Below the pieces are notes generated by a model. The model worked only from the letters and a program-made list of their open reading frames with translations, did not search any database and was not told the origin of the DNA. DNA of 63,392 nt, the filler included, from Olpidium bornovanus S191 (Eukaryota; Fungi; Olpidiomycota), in NCBI GenBank assembly GCA_017911155.1. It is 31 parts of 31 records of this genome, joined end to end, with 100 filler letters (N's around TTAATTAATTAA, not from the genome) between each part and the next. Parts side by side here need not be neighbours in the genome. Positions count along the whole stretch, not along the records: positions 1 to 1,516 come from JAEFCI010002739.1; positions 1,617 to 2,957 come from JAEFCI010011287.1; positions 3,058 to 4,609 come from JAEFCI010004653.1; positions 4,710 to 6,610 come from JAEFCI010005835.1; positions 6,711 to 8,206 come from JAEFCI010006962.1; positions 8,307 to 10,186 come from JAEFCI010001866.1; positions 10,287 to 13,748 come from JAEFCI010002687.1; 24 more parts are not named here. One strand, 5' to 3'. Every line of letters begins with the position of its first letter. Position 1 is the first letter of the stretch. Both the position numbers and the translations under genes were made by a program. Below are positions 1 through 12,661 of the stretch, piece after piece.

Positions 1-1516
1 CATGACGAAATTGCGGCTGTCGTGAAGTTTGCAGAATCGAGAAACAGTTCTGGCGAAGGCTTAGACCTCGTGATATCGGGAAGGTCAAGAGCAGCCTGCA
101 GATTGCAGGCGAGTATGAGAGTCTAACGGCTTTTTGCAATCGCGGATGGAACAGTTTCTCACACGCAGCCCTCCCGCTTCTCCTTCGGTTATTGACAGTG
201 GGCGCGCGTCCAGTCAGCTCGACGTGTCTTCCAAGGGGAAAAAGCCGACCGTTAGATGCGGCGAGACGAGGGATCGATAGTATATGATCGGCAAGCCGGT
301 CGGCCGCCTCGAAAACAAAACGACGGGCGAGAACATAATCGCCGGCCGACGCCGCAACATGCCGGCAATTGCTTTCCGTCTGTCCGCGAGTTCCGGCACA
401 AACGCGCCCCCACCTAAAGGCAGAGCTGCTGCTGCGGAATGAAGGCGCCGCGATGTTACGGGCCGGGAATGGGCCCGCGCGATGCCATTGCGCTAGCGCA
501 GCCGTCTTCCGCAAAATGCGTTCGATGGCATTCTGCGCGGCTCGCTTGGAAAATGAAAACACGGCCGCTGACTTGCTAGGGTCTCAAAAATCGCGATTGC
601 CTGGATGGGAAGATCGGTAGGCCTGCACGCCGTCATCGATAGATCTTGGCTCTCGCGCTTCGGAAAGCACGTTACCAGATCGGTCAATGTTGCCGTGAGG
701 ATGGGTTGCGGCTGAGATACTTTGCTGCTAAATACTCGAAAGTCCTTATGGACTGTGGGTATTTCGTTGTGTCGCCAACCGGCTGAAGCAGGCTTAGCGA
801 AGTACAGTTTCCAGCGGCCCCGCTTCCAGCTCGCCACGCGCAAGTTCAAATAGCTTGTAAAAAGGGGCGGACGACGACGGCCTTCTTCCGGGCTGCGATG
901 GTCGGTAATTTGTGTGAAAGCGCGAGAGTGCCCAATAAGCGGAGCCGTTCCCGTTCTCTAGAGTTGCGTACGGTCGCCCCGGCCAATGCCCTTCGCCTCA
1001 GCGGGCTGTCTAGCGTTGGCCCGTTTCCCGCGGGTCGAGACGGCGAACCCCGGCGAGCAGAGCCCTTCTTCACGACACGTAGCAGCCATTTCCCCCCTTG
1101 AACGGCCTTGCCCCCGCCGGCCGCGACATATGGACCCAGTTTTAACGGGCGCGGCAGGTAAGCTGTTCGCGATCCGGGCTTTGTTTCGCGCGGGCCGGCC
1201 GAAATGTTTTCGGCGCTTCTCGCAAACACTAGCGGAGGCGGAGGGGTGTAAGGATGAAGCCAGTTTCCGAACATCGGGTCGCGCGGGTGCCCCCGGGACA
1301 AGGAGGACAAAAAACGTACGAGCGACAATGACGACCCGCGCGGCGCGGTCGGAAAAAGCAGCGAAACGAGCCCGCGCGGCCGCTCGCGCCCGGGGAGCGT
1401 ACCTCCCGTTTGCGCCAAGCAAGCCCATCTTCCATTACCGACGGGGACGGCCTGCGACGGTCTCCGCTTTCCCGGCACCCCGTTTGGCGCACGACTCTCT
1501 ATCCCTCGCGGGCATG

Positions 1517-1616
1517 NNNNNNNNNNNNNNNNNNNNNNNNNNNNNNNNNNNNNNNNNNNNTTAATTAATTAANNNNNNNNNNNNNNNNNNNNNNNNNNNN
1601 NNNNNNNNNNNNNNNN
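1517..1616. other. Artificial 100-bp contig-joining linker (first of 30)
   Basis: 44 N + TTAATTAATTAA (stops in all six frames, contains PacI site) + 44 N. Identical linkers start at 1517, 2958, 4610, 6611, 8207, 10187, 13749, 15077, 16369, 17497, 19553, 21252, 22990, 25008, 26550, 31216, 32652, 34386, 38684, 40937, 42418, 45653, 49519, 50816, 52727, 55047, 57092, 58470, 60793, 61960. Confidence 0.99.
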
Positions 1617-3128
1617 CGACCGCCTGCCGGACGGCCTCCCGTCCGACAAAGCACAAGAAAGCCGGCCGAAAGAAAAGCCACTAGCCCCGCCCGAGATGGA
1701 TGCTTTCCTGGCCGATTTGTGGGGATATTCGCCCATGTTGCATCCCCCGGAAATCGACCAAAGACATTTTTCTTTTTTTTTGGCACTCGGAACTCGCGGG
1801 GGAATCCTGCCACACCTGTTTTTCGTCCAAAGAAAAAGAAACAAACGGTCGCGTTTAATTGACGGGGTTTTTCGGTTGAACTAGTTTGGTGGGGCAACCA
1901 AATCACCACTTCTGGTCTTCCCTGAGCAAACAAACCACATCCCCGGAATACAAACTGCGCGTTTCCCAACGAGGGGCGTCTCGACTTTGTGAAGGCGTCG
2001 TTGGGTGTCTGATGGGAACCTACTTTGCAGGGTCGGTGGAGGAAGACGCGCCAGGGCGCAATATTCGACGAGGTCTTCGTATATTGCCGGAGGACAGTGC
2101 GTCATGTGGCCGTGCTCCTTTCTGTGTTTAGCGCTTTCATGGTATCGTGTGCTCCGTTCGTTGGGGTAGGCGTCGGGTCCGCTGTGACCGCAGGGCGAGG
2201 GCGGAGCCGAATCCGTTGCAGCGTGCACTTCCTTGGTTCCAAGTTTCCGTCCTGTGTGTCGGCGCCCCCAGGGCTGGAGGCATCAGGCCTTGTCCTTTCC
2301 GGAGTTGCATCGTCGCCATCCCAATGTCTACAAGCCGCCAACGGCGGCACACCACCGTGGCCAGAGCCACTGGAGTGGGTCAAATCCGCGGCGGGTCGAA
2401 TCCGAGGACGACGGCAAACCTGGACATTGCGCAGCTGGCATTGCCCGGGGATTTTACAAAGGATCTGTTCCCGACCGGCCTCCAGAATGTCGTCCTTGCC
2501 GAAGGAGACCGTAGACCGTCGGTCAATCGCCCCAGGAAGTCTCAGGGGAACTCTCGCACAAGCTCGACCTGCAGCTGTGCCGGACCCGGTTCTTCGCGAG
2601 ATGCGTGCGCGAAAACCCACAATCGCGGCGACGGTTTCGGACTTCTTCCCGACAGTTGGAACTAGCTTGGTGCCCGCCTCACTCAGCCCCCCCCCGGGGC
2701 TGATTTGCCCGCGGTCGCCATGGTCACTTCCACGTGGGGGATTGCGTGGGTGGTTAAACGTTTGCGCGCTGGTGCTAACGATCGGTTCGAGATTTTAAAC
2801 CGCCATTTCGCTGATCTGCGTTGGTGTGCCAGCGGACGCACGCCGTGACGCCCGGTGTTCGATTCCGCGGCGTTGAACGCGAGTCGGTCGCCGCATCACC
2901 GGGCTTCTCTGCGGATTGCGGGGGACGATTGCCTGTCGTCGCGTTGTGTTTTCATGCNNNNNNNNNNNNNNNNNNNNNNNNNNNNNNNNNNNNNNNNNNN
3001 NTTAATTAATTAANNNNNNNNNNNNNNNNNNNNNNNNNNNNNNNNNNNNNNNNNNNNATAAATACGCTTAGATGTCCACCTTATATATGGTTGCCTTCGC
3101 AGTGTTTTGATTTTTCCACGTCAGTTAC

Positions 3129-4351
3129 CTTAACCGCGCAAACCTGAAGCTGGCCGCGGAGCTTGTTCAGGATGCATGCCGCCAACGCGTCACCGTCGAC
3201 GTCCTCCGCGATAATGATCAGCGGCCGGCGCGTTTGTACAGCGATTTCGAGAACGGGGATAATGTCTTGAATGGCAGATATCTTGCGCTCTGAAAGCAGG
3301 ATGAGCGGTTTTTCCAACTCGACCTTGCCGGACTTCGTGTCGGTAATGAAGTAGGGAGAGATGAAACCGCGGTCGAAGCGCATGCCCTCGGTGACCTCCA
3401 GTTCGTCCTCCACAGTCTTGCCCTCTTTTATCGTTATGACGCCTTCCTTGCCAACCTTCTCCATCGCATTTGCAATGAGCTGACCAATGTGTTTGTCGCC
3501 GTTTGCCGAGATGGTGGCCACCTACACGTAAGGGTAGCGCCAGCAGACCAACGTGCATAGCGGTATTTAATAGGCTGAACCGTCGTGTTTTACAACGATG
3601 GCCACAACGCCGCACACAGGTCACAAGAGTCGTGGCTTGCGCCCTCACGAACTTTCAAAACTTGAAGCAGGGTGTCTCACCTGAGCAATTTCCTCGCTAG
3701 TCGTAATGACTTTGCTGATGGATTTGAGGTAGTTGACCGCTTCGTTGACGGCCAACTGGACGCCCCTTCGGAGGTCCATGGGGTTGCACCCGGCAGCGAC
3801 ATTCTTCACGCCTTCCTGGAATATAGCCTTCGCGAGCACAGTTGCGGTAGTGGTGCCGTCGCCGGCAACTTCGTTTGTCTTTTTGGCAACGTCCTGGACG
3901 AGGCTGTGATAGCGTCGTACAGATGGAGTTAGACAAAAAAGCGTTTTGCCGGGGAGGGCAGACAATTAGTTGTGTCCGTGGTGCGCCATTCCGGAACAGA
4001 AAGAGAAAGCGCCCACCGGGCACCAAGGTTCTCCAGCTTGTCCTCGAGCACGATGCTCTTTGCTACAGTGACGCCGTCCTTGGTGATCTTTGGGCTGCCG
4101 TAAGGCTGTTCGATGAGGACGTTGCGACCCTTCGGGCCGAGGGTGACGGCCACGGCCTTGGCAAGCAGCTCGACGCCCTTGAGGAGGGAGGCGCGACCGT
4201 CGACGGCGAAGAAGACCTGCTTGTGCGAGGCGTAAAAGCGAGCGAGCACTGACGCGGCGCTGCGGGCGGCCAGGGGCGACCTTGAGTCGGCGGCAACGGC
4301 GGCGGACTTCGCTGCGGCCGAGCGGACGGGGCGGACGGCGGAGCGGAACAT
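3129..4351 (-). CDS. HSP60: Mitochondrial chaperonin Hsp60 (GroEL family), 5' part, 3 exons
   Basis: Exons 4351-4017, 3903-3681, 3521-3129, with in-frame GT-AG introns. R/S/A-rich presequence [15 protein letters not shown], then [46 protein letters not shown] and [11 protein letters not shown]. Truncated by the contig end. Confidence 0.98.
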
Positions 4352-4390
4352 TTGCGCGTCTGCCTTTTCTTTTTTCGCGTCTTTTTTTCT

Positions 4391-4434
<44 letters not shown>

Positions 4435-4709
4435 GCTGTGGGTTGGCGCACGGTGTGGGAGGGGGGGCGGAGCGGGCCAGCAAAAAAGCATGCCTTCTGT
4501 TGTCATTCCGACGTTCAACTCTACGGACCCAAAATAGTGCTTAGCATTAGGCGCTTACCACTCCCGACCACAAACCTCAATCAAGCCTCACCTGGATGTT
4601 CTTTTACAGNNNNNNNNNNNNNNNNNNNNNNNNNNNNNNNNNNNNNNNNNNNNTTAATTAATTAANNNNNNNNNNNNNNNNNNNNNNNNNNNNNNNNNNN
4701 NNNNNNNNN

Positions 4710-5370
4710 CATGCCCATCTCTATCAAGGCAACAGCGACCAGCAGCGGAGCTCTTCCCAAGCCTGCAACGCAGTGAACGCAGACGATTGACTTCGCCACA
4801 TTCTCGCCGTCACCGTCCTTCCCGACTCCGCCGTTTTCAGCGCGGACAACCTTCTTGGCCTCTTCGGCCCTGCGGTCTACAAGCTGCAGAAATGCCGTGG
4901 TAACGGAGGGAGGAGGGGAGGGCGAACCATCGGCGAACGGCAGGGCCTAGATAAGTTTTAACGGGCGTACCCGGAAGTTACCGTGGGTGTCAGCGAGAAT
5001 AGCAATTTCACGCACGGCGCAGCAAACATTCCTCCAGGGTGCACGCACGTGGAGGGATAAACCGGCACCGAGGACTCTGTCGGCAGAATAGGACGGCACG
5101 CAGACGCGGACAACGTCGGTGACCCCATATTTGCAGAGTTCCTAGGACAATGCAGCCGGGATCAATAATTAGATTGATAATATATAACAGCACGAAAGTT
5201 GAAGTGGGGTGAGCGGTGAAACAACGGCCTCCCGACGTTACAGAGCCGGAAAGCTTCGCCTTTCATACCTTCAAGTAGAGGCCGAGCGTGAAGTCCGAAG
5301 GGGAGTCGCATATCACGAACACGCAAGCGCCGTGCTCGATGGTGGCAAACTTCGTCGCGGCAGACAGCAT
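4710..5370 (-). CDS. PTP4A: PRL/PTP4A-family protein tyrosine phosphatase, 3 exons, 3' truncated (absent from the ORF track)
   Basis: Exons 5370-5269 (MLSAATKFATIEHGACVFVICDSPSDFTLGLYLK), 5141-5049 (ELCKYGVTDVVRVCVPSY) and 4946-4710 (ALPFADGSPSPP...VCVHCVAGLGRAPLLVAVALIEMGM). All phase 0 GT-AG. HCVAGLGRAP is the PRL-type P-loop. Confidence 0.93.
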
Positions 5371-6120
5371 GGCTAGGTTTAGGCAGGAGCCTTGACGGGC
5401 TCTAATGACGAACAGGAAATCTGTCGTTGACGTGAACCTCGGACTGCAGGATTCACGCCTGCCTGCCGATCGCGTGGGTAGACCGCCGGGTATGTAGACG
5501 TGGGGAGGAGAAGCAGAGGCGGACGAGTTGGCGGGGAAGTCTGATGTACGAGAGCGGGTGGAAGCGGGTATAGCGAGAGGCTCCGGGCGCGGGGCGGGAT
5601 TGCAGAAAACGAAACGGGAAATGCGAGAAAAGCACGTCGGAGGGAGGAGAAGGTGTTGGTTTTGCGCTCTCGGGGAGAGGGGCGGGACGGGCGGGCGGGG
5701 AGGCGGAGAGTGACCCGGGAGGGGGGGTTGGAAACCGAATCAAACAAGCCCTAGCCCGGGTCAAGGAGCTGCGACACGCAGAGCGCAGCCAGGGCGACGC
5801 GGCGGGCGGCGGCGGAGGCGAGCAGGGAGGAGCGGGAGGCGGCGGCGGGGGGAGACGCGAAAGCGTGGGAGGAGCCGGGCGCGGAGTCGGAGTTAAGCGG
5901 GCAGTTCCTGTCGTTGCCGCCGAAAGCAAACTTCATGTATGAGGTCTGGCGGCCGGAGTGCCCCCTCGGTTCTTGGTCCGCGACGTGCGGGTCGTGGCTT
6001 GCGGCTCGGCACCGTTACCCGTCCTTCTCCCTCTTTACTCGGTCCCTCTTTTTCTCTTTGTGTTACTGCAGCTGCTCGTTGGGTTGGCGGAGAGGGGAGG
6101 CCGGAGGTCTCTGCCTGCTC

Positions 6121-6452
<332 letters not shown>

Positions 6453-6712
6453 CCTGCTCTTTTCTTCTTCCGGGCTCTCTCGCTTGCTGGTTCGCTTCTT
6501 GTTTTTTTTTAAAGAGCGTATGTCAGATGCGCTAATTTTTGATCGCAACGTGAATCTAAAGGCGAGACGAAAGTAGGAGCCGAGCGGTCTTTGGATTCAT
6601 GGTTGCGTGANNNNNNNNNNNNNNNNNNNNNNNNNNNNNNNNNNNNNNNNNNNNTTAATTAATTAANNNNNNNNNNNNNNNNNNNNNNNNNNNNNNNNNN
6701 NNNNNNNNNNGC

Positions 6713-7066
6713 ATGATTGATGAAGCTGAAAAGAATGCCGAAAATGATAAGCTGCGCCGCGAGACCATTGAAGCTGTCAACCACGCGGACTCTGTCATTC
6801 ACGAGGTAGAAAAGAACTTGAACGAATACAAGGACAAGCTGCCAGCCGACGATGTTGAGGCAATCCGGAAGGAGCTTGACAGCACTCGGGAGTTTGTAGC
6901 CACCGCGTCCGAGAATGGTGTCACGGCCGAGGCTATCAAGAACCGGACTGGCGAATTGCAGACGAAATCTCTGAAGCTTTTCCAGGTCCTCCACGACCAG
7001 GCGCGGAACAATGCGGACCAGGCAGATCAGCCGTCCGGCGCTACCGAAGCCGAATACAAGGGTTAG
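6713..7066 (+). CDS. SSC1: Mitochondrial Hsp70 (Ssc1/mortalin-type) C-terminal lid region, 5' truncated
   Basis: MIDEAEKNAENDKLRRETIEAVNHADSVIHEVEKNLNEYKDKL...ELQTKSLKLFQVL...EAEYKG* matches the recalled C-terminal helices of DnaK-type mitochondrial Hsp70. No cytosolic EEVD end. Confidence 0.85.
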   Translation: MIDEAEKNAENDKLRRETIEAVNHADSVIHEVEKNLNEYKDKLPADDVEAIRKELDSTREFVATASENGVTAEAIKNRTGELQTKSLKLFQVLHDQARNNADQADQPSGATEAEYKG

Positions 7067-8035
7067 CTTTGCCTTCAGATTATGCAGGGGTTTTGTACGA
7101 ATGGATGTTGTTACTGACCTGCCTCATTCCGCGACTTAGATGTGGATGATAAGGAGAAGAAGAACTAATGTCTTGTTCCATTCATCAATTTCGGCGCTTT
7201 AACGCCTCGCAGACCGCCCTTTTCCTGGCGGGTGAATTGTTCGTGTTAAGCGTCTAACCAGCCACGCGCCCCCTTCGTCACACCACTCCAATCGCATACT
7301 CCCATTCGGGCATGTCTGTCTGTTCCTTTTTCTGTGTGTCTCGTTTTTTGTACGTCCACCTGGAAAACTTTTTTTTTTCTTACTCTAGACAAAGACAGTT
7401 TAAGATTGTACGTTCTTTCGTTGCGTGCTCCGTGGAGTTTGGGACGAAATCGCCATGTTGTCGGCTTTCCCGCAGAAGGCTCTGCTGGCGAGGGAAACCG
7501 CGGTAGAGAAGGGTAGAAAGAGCGGGGAAAAGGCGGGGTGGCGTCCGAGCGAGGGTGAACAGGAAATCTAAAACCGAAGCTGAGCAGCGGGAAGCCAACG
7601 CGTGCAAGCGTCACGTGAGAAGCCGCGACCGCAAAACGAGCTTGTCTGTCTCGGGGTGGCGGCTGTAGTGAAAGAAAGGAAGGCATATCGTCGGAGGAGG
7701 TAGCGGGGATATCAAAATCCAAAATTCCATAACCAGTTTCCAAGACCGATGCATAGAATTTCCGTTCTTCCCCGGGAGGACACGTTGCTAGGGAGACCGC
7801 GATCCCCTCTCCGTATGTAGAATGGGCGCATCGCCGCTAAAAAGGCAGACACTGCTGTCCCCCAAACGTGGAAAACGACGAGAAAGTGGGCGAAGCGGTG
7901 CTCGTAGAAAGAGTGAAGAAAACAGAGGCTTTCCTTTTGACGGAGCGTTTCGAAGAAAGCGAGAAGGAAGAGAGGAGCGTGCGGAACGGAAAGACGAAGA
8001 CGTGGATTCAAGAAAACCGTAGGATTTTGGAGTAA

Positions 8036-8206
8036 TTGAATTGGAACAAACTTATTCACAAAGTCCTGACCGAATTCCTGCGCGCCGGGCACATACGCTA
8101 CAGCAAGTCTCCGTGGGGGGCGCCCGTCCTCTTCGTTCGAAAGGCTAACGGCAAGCTCCGCATGTGCATGGACTTCCGTTACCTCAACAAGTCGACGATC
8201 AAGGAC
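8036..8206 (+). mobile_element. Ty3/gypsy LTR-retrotransposon reverse transcriptase fragment
   Basis: [40 protein letters not shown] is the canonical start of gypsy RT. The upstream reading frame is not continuous. Confidence 0.92.
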
Positions 8207-8636
8207 NNNNNNNNNNNNNNNNNNNNNNNNNNNNNNNNNNNNNNNNNNNNTTAATTAATTAANNNNNNNNNNNNNNNNNNNNNNNNNNNNNNNNNNNNNN
8301 NNNNNNCATGGAGGGACCAGGGTCAGTTTACCTGGATTCGCCAGGTCGCGAGTGCTCGAAGCAGTCTCGCCGTCGACGCCCTGTTCGCGGTCTGCCGTCC
8401 GGCGGTTTCTCTTTCTCCGCCTCTGGGACGTCCCCCGTTTGTGCGTACACGTGTTTCAAATCCCGCCGGCGACGATGCGCGCGGGCCTGAGCCTGCTGCG
8501 TTTTCGTACCGGCGCCGCGTTGCAGAAAGCCGACGCGGTCCTCCGTTTGGAGGAAAGCCGGGGGAGAGAAAAGAGAGAGAAGAAAGAAAGCCGGGTCGCC
8601 TTTTTCTGCCCGCCGTCCTCGCCCGAAAACGCTCCC

Positions 8637-8677
<41 letters not shown>

Positions 8678-10286
8678 CAGAAAAAAAACGGGGAAAAAAA
8701 AAAAAAAAAAACTTTCTTCCTCCGCCGCTTTCGCCTCTCCTCTAAGCGGCCGAGCGCGAGCACGTTACCTCCGCTGCCCGCGCAGGAAAACGCCTGCGAG
8801 GAGCGCGGGGACAGGGAAGAGGGGACGGGGGAGGGGCGAGGCAGAGGGAGGAAGGACGAGAGGAGCAGGAGGAGGAGGAAGAGGAGGACCTGGGCGGCGA
8901 CGAAAGGTGGTGCCATCCGCCTCCCCGAGCATGCCCGTTTTTGAAGTTGTTCCGCAGCCTGGGCTGAACGTCGCGTACATCTTTGGGTCGGCGCCCCGCC
9001 CGGCGCCGCGGCGCCGCCGCAAGCCGCTCGTGCACGCCCTCCCAGACGCGGAGCCCGCGCGCGACCGATCTCGCGAACGATTTCGCCCCGAATTCGCCGC
9101 TGCCGGACAGCGGGCGGCGGCGCGCGAGCATGCCGGCCGGTGCGACGGGGCGGCGCGCGCAGGTCGAGACGTCCTCCGCTCGGCGCCGGCCGAGCAGCTC
9201 GAAACGGCGACGGGTCGGCCGCCCGCCCGTGACGGCGGCGGACACGGCGCCTGCCAGCAGCAACAGCAGGGGCGGCGGAGGGCGCCCCTGCGCCTCTTCT
9301 CCTCCCAGACCTCGTCGCCGCTGACGCTTTCCGAGCCGTCGCCGTCCTTCCGCACGGCGTCGCGCGGCGGCGGCTCGTCGACGACGGACGCGGACGACCC
9401 TCTGTCGTGCACGAAGCGGCGGGGCGGGCCCCTGCAGCGGTCGCCGGCCTGCAGCGCGCTCAGCGCCGCGGCCGACTCGTCGCCGTGGAGCAGTAGCAGC
9501 AGCAGCAGCTCGCGTTGGTCCTCCGCCGTCCGGGGCGGCCGCCGCGACCGGCCCGAGGCCGGCGCCGGCAGCGGCTGTGCCGCGGCGGCGCGCGCGCGCG
9601 CCAGCGCGAAGCGTTGCTGGAGCCTGCCAAGGCTCTGGGCGTGCGAGCGGCGTTCTTTCGTCGGGACGAGCGACGAGAACCCTGCCGCGGGCTCGTCGTC
9701 GACCCGTTCTCTCCTGCGGTCGCGGGGCCTGCGCCTGTTGTTGCCCCGCGACTTCCGCAGCCGTCTCCGGCCGGCGCGAACCCGACGTTCTCCCCGCGGG
9801 AACCGCGGCTGGAGCGCGCCGAGGCTCTGGAAAGGCTGCACGTCCAACGCGGCCTCGTTCGACGACAGTTCGTCCGCCTCGTCGTTCGCGGCGCGCAGCC
9901 GCGGCCCGGCGCCCGACGCCAAAGACGACCGCGACGGCGTGTTTCCGCTGACGACGGCGAACGTCGCGATGCACTGCTTGATGGTGAGAGACGTCGAGCC
10001 CCCGGGGTTCATTCGATCGCCGCCTCGAATTGCGCGGACCGCCCGTTTTGTCGCGAGCCGCGGCCCCGGAGGCGTGCCGGATGGATTCGTACGGATTCGT
10101 GCTGTTTGCCAATCTGGGTTTTATCCTCCTCCCTCCTCCCCCCCCCTCCCCCCGCCCCCCCCCCCCCGCCGCCCCCCGGCCCCCCCNNNNNNNNNNNNNN
10201 NNNNNNNNNNNNNNNNNNNNNNNNNNNNNNTTAATTAATTAANNNNNNNNNNNNNNNNNNNNNNNNNNNNNNNNNNNNNNNNNNNN

Positions 10287-11242
10287 GCAACAGGTTTTGG
10301 TCGCAACGTCGCGTCCTTATTACGCGATACTCTGGACGAAGACCGTCCGGCAGCGTTCATCTCCGCCGCCTGGCGATTGGCGGAAAATCTTTGCGTTACC
10401 AGCATGCAGTAAGGAACAGATAAGAGAAACGAAACTGAGAGCGTACTTGTAGAAGGGCGTCGAGATCATTGTTTTTCTCCCTCAGCTCTTGGGCATGTAG
10501 TTCCGCTCGCTTCAGCTCCAGCTTGAGCGCCTCATTCTCCTTGACGACTTTTTTGTACCGCGACTGGTCCACGAACGTGGTGTCCCTTACGGGGCTTTGG
10601 CTAAGTTCCTTCCGGACGCGCTCGGCCTCTTTGTGGCGCTCCCCCGCGAGTTCAACGTCTTTCTGCTCCACGAGGTGGGCCAAATCCCTAATCCGCTGAT
10701 GGAGCTTGCGTATCTCATCCTCGACCGCCACGGCGCCGGGTCCCTTGGCCAGCTTTGAAATCCGCTCGTAGCGGGCCTTGTAAGCAAGGATCGTGTCTAG
10801 CCGTTCGTCGGCCTTGTGCTCAGCCTCGCGCAGCAGCTGCGAGCGGCGGCGCAGCTTTTCCCGCAGTCGGCGAACCTCGGCCAACGCGCTTTCCAACAAG
10901 GCGGGAAGCTTGCCCTGGTCTTCGTCATACTTGCGGATCTGCTGTAGTTGTCGGCGGTTGTCCTGTCCTTTGTTGTCCGTCATACAGTTTCCCACGAGCC
11001 GAACACAAGCGTTACGCGCGCCCGTAAGCGGCGCCTGGTCTCATCGGTAATATAGTACGCCATAAAGGGACTCCGCTCCACGTCTCGGGACAGGCGACCC
11101 CACGCACCATTCTGAGCGACTTGATCTCGCTTACCAGCTCCGCGACCCTACGCTTCTCCTCTTCAAAAAGATTGGTTACCCGGGCCACCTCGACATAGTT
11201 TTGGGCGAGTCTGTCGACAACAGGACCCGGTTGTCGTCTCAT
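10287..11242 (-). CDS. Lebercilin (LCA5)-like coiled-coil protein, at least 3 exons
   Basis: Exons ~11242-11108, 10962-10447 and 10369 to contig end. The joined ELVSEIKSLRM|DNRRQLQQIRKYDEDQGKLPALL...EVRRLREKLRR aligns without gaps, from memory, to LCA5 [34 protein letters not shown]...EITALKERLRK. The true start may lie further upstream (11560-11900 region). Confidence 0.55.
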
Positions 11243-11914
11243 GCTTGCCAATGCCTTGCCCCTGCCGGAGCCGGCGCTCGTGTATCGGTAGTGCGAGGGG
11301 CAACGGCGGATACTAATCGGCGGCTGACTGCGGTCTGGAAACCCACATTGCAGAGGTTCCCGTTACGCGGCGGGTACATCACAGGCACAAGGGTTGCGTT
11401 TTCAGCACGCCAGTAGCAAAAGGTGGGCCAAGCAAACCGAGCGGCCACGGTGACGTCCACGATGGGGCTGGCTGTGCCTCTCACCGGCCGCCTTGTTCCT
11501 GATTCTCCTGGCCCCGCCCTGCTTCGTCCACGTTCCGGCCGACTGTTGCCGGTCACCCGTACTGATCCCTGATTTTAACATCAAGTTGCTTCCACGCTCG
11601 TCCGCCCCCAGTTTGGCAACGTGCTGAGCGGCAGGCGCCGCTGCGCCTTCGTCGATCCGAGGGACTCCGCCGTCTTCCCTGGTCTGGGGTTCGAAGTCCG
11701 GCTCGTATTGGCACGGCCGGGGGGACGCGTGCTGCTGGCGCCGTGGCACCGCGGCAGCTGCGGCCATCTCTCCCTGCGCGCCCAGGGTGCTCGGCTGCCG
11801 GGCGCGGCGGGACAGGGGACCGAGGGTGACGGCGCTTTCCGCCGTCGAGAAATCTTTTTCCTCTTCGTTCTTTCCGTCTTCGTTTGGAGCGGGGCGTCTT
11901 TTTCCCGCGCGTGG

Positions 11915-11950
<36 letters not shown>

Positions 11951-12661
11951 GTTTGGCGCGGGGGAAAAGGGAGACACGCAGGCACCTCCACCACCCGCCA
12001 CCCGCGAGAGCCGGAAAAGAAAAAATAACCATGCCGCCGCGGCTCCCTGCGCCGCTCGGCCGCGCTGCCGGCACGCCGGCCGTGCGGAACGCTGCGCTAC
12101 CGCTCGTCCCGTGCCCGCTGCGGCTGCTGCTTTCCACCGCCACGCCGGGACGCCCGCCGCATCGGACGGGCGGGGCCAGGGATTCCGGTAGAGTCCCCCT
12201 CCCCCGTCGGCGGCGCTCCCACTTTCTGGTTCTCGGCTTCCGCCGGCCGAAGCCGGCCGCTCCCCGGCGGACGCGGAAACCGACCGCGAGGCCAACCCTC
12301 TTTCTCTTTTCATTCCTGTGCGAGCCTCCAACCCGCCGCGTGTGCTGACCGTTGCGTACCGACGTCCGCTTTACTCCGCGACACATCGACAGCACCTGGC
12401 CTGGCGGCGTCGTTCTGCACAACAGCCCCTGCTTTCAAAAGTGCGTGCCTAACGCCTTCTCGCGTTCCACTTTGTCCAAAAGGCGACGGTTTTGGTTTCA
12501 GACTTCTGATCCACTGTTTTTCCCACCTCCGCCGCTCTGGAAACCGCCGGCCGGCAAAACAAAAAAAAAAAAATAAAAAAAATAAAACAGAACCCGATTT
12601 TTTCGAAAACGCGACAAGGCCTCGTCCGGTTTACGACCTGCCGGTTCCCTGCCTGCCCCAG

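Noticed and set aside
1-90. HDEIAAVVKFA...LDLVISG resembling the start of a FAD-binding oxidase domain
   Set aside because: Too short, with no GGGH motif or supporting exon found.
8352-10186. Several long overlapping ORFs (415-628 aa)
   Set aside because: Extremely GC-rich sequence is open in many frames. No motif picks out a true frame, although a gene may be present.
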